From a virus (lineage: Duplodnaviria > Caudoviricetes), in the IMG/VR virus record IMGVR_UViG_3300038988_000339, positions 1 to 38,241 of that record: a DNA stretch of 38,241 nt; one strand, 5' to 3'. Position 1 is the first letter of the stretch. Each line of letters starts with the position of its first letter. The notes beneath the pieces were generated by a model. That model worked only from the letters and a program-made list of their open reading frames with translations, had not been told where the DNA came from and searched no databases. Made by a program: the position numbers and the translations under genes. Of the stretch, positions 36,973-38,241 are shown piece by piece.

Positions 36973-38241
36973 TTATTGTAAATTCATTTTTCTAAAAAAT
37001 TCTCCTACTGCAACTTCTGGTGCTACATAGCCATCACCATTAGTTAATAAAATTCCTGTATCAACATCTATAGCATTATAAAGACCATTATTATCTTGGA
37101 AAAACTCTATATTATAAACTTTATCAGAAGGTCCTTGAATTTGTACAAGAGCAGACGGATATGTATCATCAGCATGTAACTTAAATTTTGTAGATGTAGT
37201 AAGTTTATCAATAACTTCTTTTGTTACTCTATTCTTTTGACTCCATTCATTGGTATTATAATCTCTAAACAAAAATCTACTCGTAGATTGTGTATAATCT
37301 GGACTTGTAACTATAGATTTATAAATTTTAGTTACATAACTATTAGGATTTTCAACATTAGGTCTTATTAAATATTCTTCATTACCAACCTTTAACAAAG
37401 AAAGATTATTATTATTATTATCACCTATTGCTCCCATAAAAGAAGCTGTAATTGCTTTTGGTTTATCAGATTCTAAAATCTTCTTTAATTTTTCACCTAC
37501 TATAGTTTCTTTTTTACCTGTTTTAGAGTCTATTTTAAAAGCTGTAAACCCATCATAATTTAAATCTTTTACAAGTTGTAAATATTTTTCACTTCCTTGT
37601 GGTGTAACCCGTACTCCACCTAATTCTTTTTTATTATAATTTATATCTTTTAAAATATCTATTGTTTCATTATAAGCATTTTTTAAAGCAGCTGTAAAAG
37701 TATTTTCATAAACAGATACTAATTTTTTTTTCCTTTCTTGTATAGGGTCTTCCACTAAATAACCATTTATTGCTATTTTATCTCTATTATAAATTTCATT
37801 ATTTACTTTTATAACACCATGTTTACTTAAGTAACTGAAGAAAGAATTAGCAACTTTCTCCATGTTATCTACATCTTCTTTACCTTCTTTAAGTCTATTC
37901 TCATAAAATTTTATAAAGTCTTTATAAAAATTTTGATAGTTATTGTTTTTACTATTCTTTGATATTTTATCTATTCTATTTTTTAAATTACTTTTGAAAT
38001 TAGTGAAAACATTATTAAAAAAGTTTTTATTTTCTTGACTTGCTGAAGAATTATTTAAACCTTCTTTAGATAGATCAGAAAAATTTGTAGGTGTATAAGA
38101 TAATACACTTAAAGTAACATCAATTGTTTCTTTTTCCTTTAAAACTTTATTGCTATTACCTCCAGTATTACCTCCAGTATTACCTTCAGTATTACCTCCA
38201 GTATTAAAAGATTCTGCATAAAAAGATTTTAAAAGATTTAT
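36973..38241 (-). CDS. 5'-truncated protein (at least 422 aa), probably the third virion cargo gene
   Basis: The frame of track ORF 36973..37863 stays open with no stop up to base 38241, so the ATG at 37863 is probably internal; ends 8 nt before the RNAP start. Confidence 0.8.
   Translation of the reverse strand: MNLLKSFYAESFNTGGNTEGNTGGNTGGNSNKVLKEKETIDVTLSVLSYTPTNFSDLSKEGLNNSSASQENKNFFNNVFTNFKSNLKNRIDKISKNSKNNNYQNFYKDFIKFYENRLKEGKEDVDNMEKVANSFFSYLSKHGVIKVNNEIYNRDKIAINGYLVEDPIQERKKKLVSVYENTFTAALKNAYNETIDILKDINYNKKELGGVRVTPQGSEKYLQLVKDLNYDGFTAFKIDSKTGKKETIVGEKLKKILESDKPKAITASFMGAIGDNNNNNLSLLKVGNEEYLIRPNVENPNSYVTKIYKSIVTSPDYTQSTSRFLFRDYNTNEWSQKNRVTKEVIDKLTTSTKFKLHADDTYPSALVQIQGPSDKVYNIEFFQDNNGLYNAIDVDTGILLTNGDGYVAPEVAVGEFFRKMNLQ
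38155..38206 (-). repeat. 12-bp tandem repeat (ATTACCTCCAGT) x4, coding an NTGG/NTEG linker
   Basis: Four units at 38155, 38167, 38179 (one mismatch) and 38191. Confidence 0.92.

Larger units (their letters stand above)
1..38241. mobile_element. crAss-like (Crassvirales-like) phage genome segment: replication module plus virion RNAP/cargo module
   Basis: Giant single-chain RNAP with DFDID motif flanked by other giant genes, convergent with a DnaB/primase/UDG/rIIA/rIIB/PD-(D/E)XK cluster; no cellular housekeeping genes; A/T-rich leaders without Shine-Dalgarno motifs. Confidence 0.9.

Noticed and set aside
1-38241. Stop-codon reassignment (TAG or TGA), known in some crAss-like phages
   Set aside because: No accepted gene ends in TAG, but ORFs of up to 4531 aa are uninterrupted in the standard code and TGA ends primase and UDG at sensible positions, so there is no positive evidence in this window.

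Overview
AT-rich segment of a crAss-like bacteriophage genome (Crassvirales-like; a Bacteroidota host is inferred, not shown). The left 14.5 kb (+ strand) is a tightly packed replication/repair operon: SF2 helicase, DnaB-like helicase, AAA ATPase, probable SSB, primase, uracil-DNA glycosylase, rIIA/rIIB, two PD-(D/E)XK nucleases and a macro-like protein. The DnaB-like gene is split inside its Walker A motif by a 1088-nt group I intron (2147-3234) that carries a LAGLIDADG homing endonuclease in its P1 loop. A 15-bp-stem bidirectional terminator (14502-14537) separates this operon from a convergent block of giant virion cargo genes on the - strand: a 4531-aa virion RNA polymerase (DFDID motif), a 2937-aa polyvalent protein, and a third gene that runs off the window end. 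The most striking unexplained structure is at the junction of the two giant genes. The same pair of short conserved DNA/peptide repeats (FExNPELANxVYExLG ... QITxQQKxxAQQ) occurs twice about 950 bp apart, each time bracketing an unrelated in-frame insert of about 415 bp (ASCH-like in the RNAP, ADP-ribosyltransferase-like in the neighbour). This suggests a repeat-flanked swappable-domain cassette system in injected proteins. All calls come from reading motifs by eye; no searches were run.
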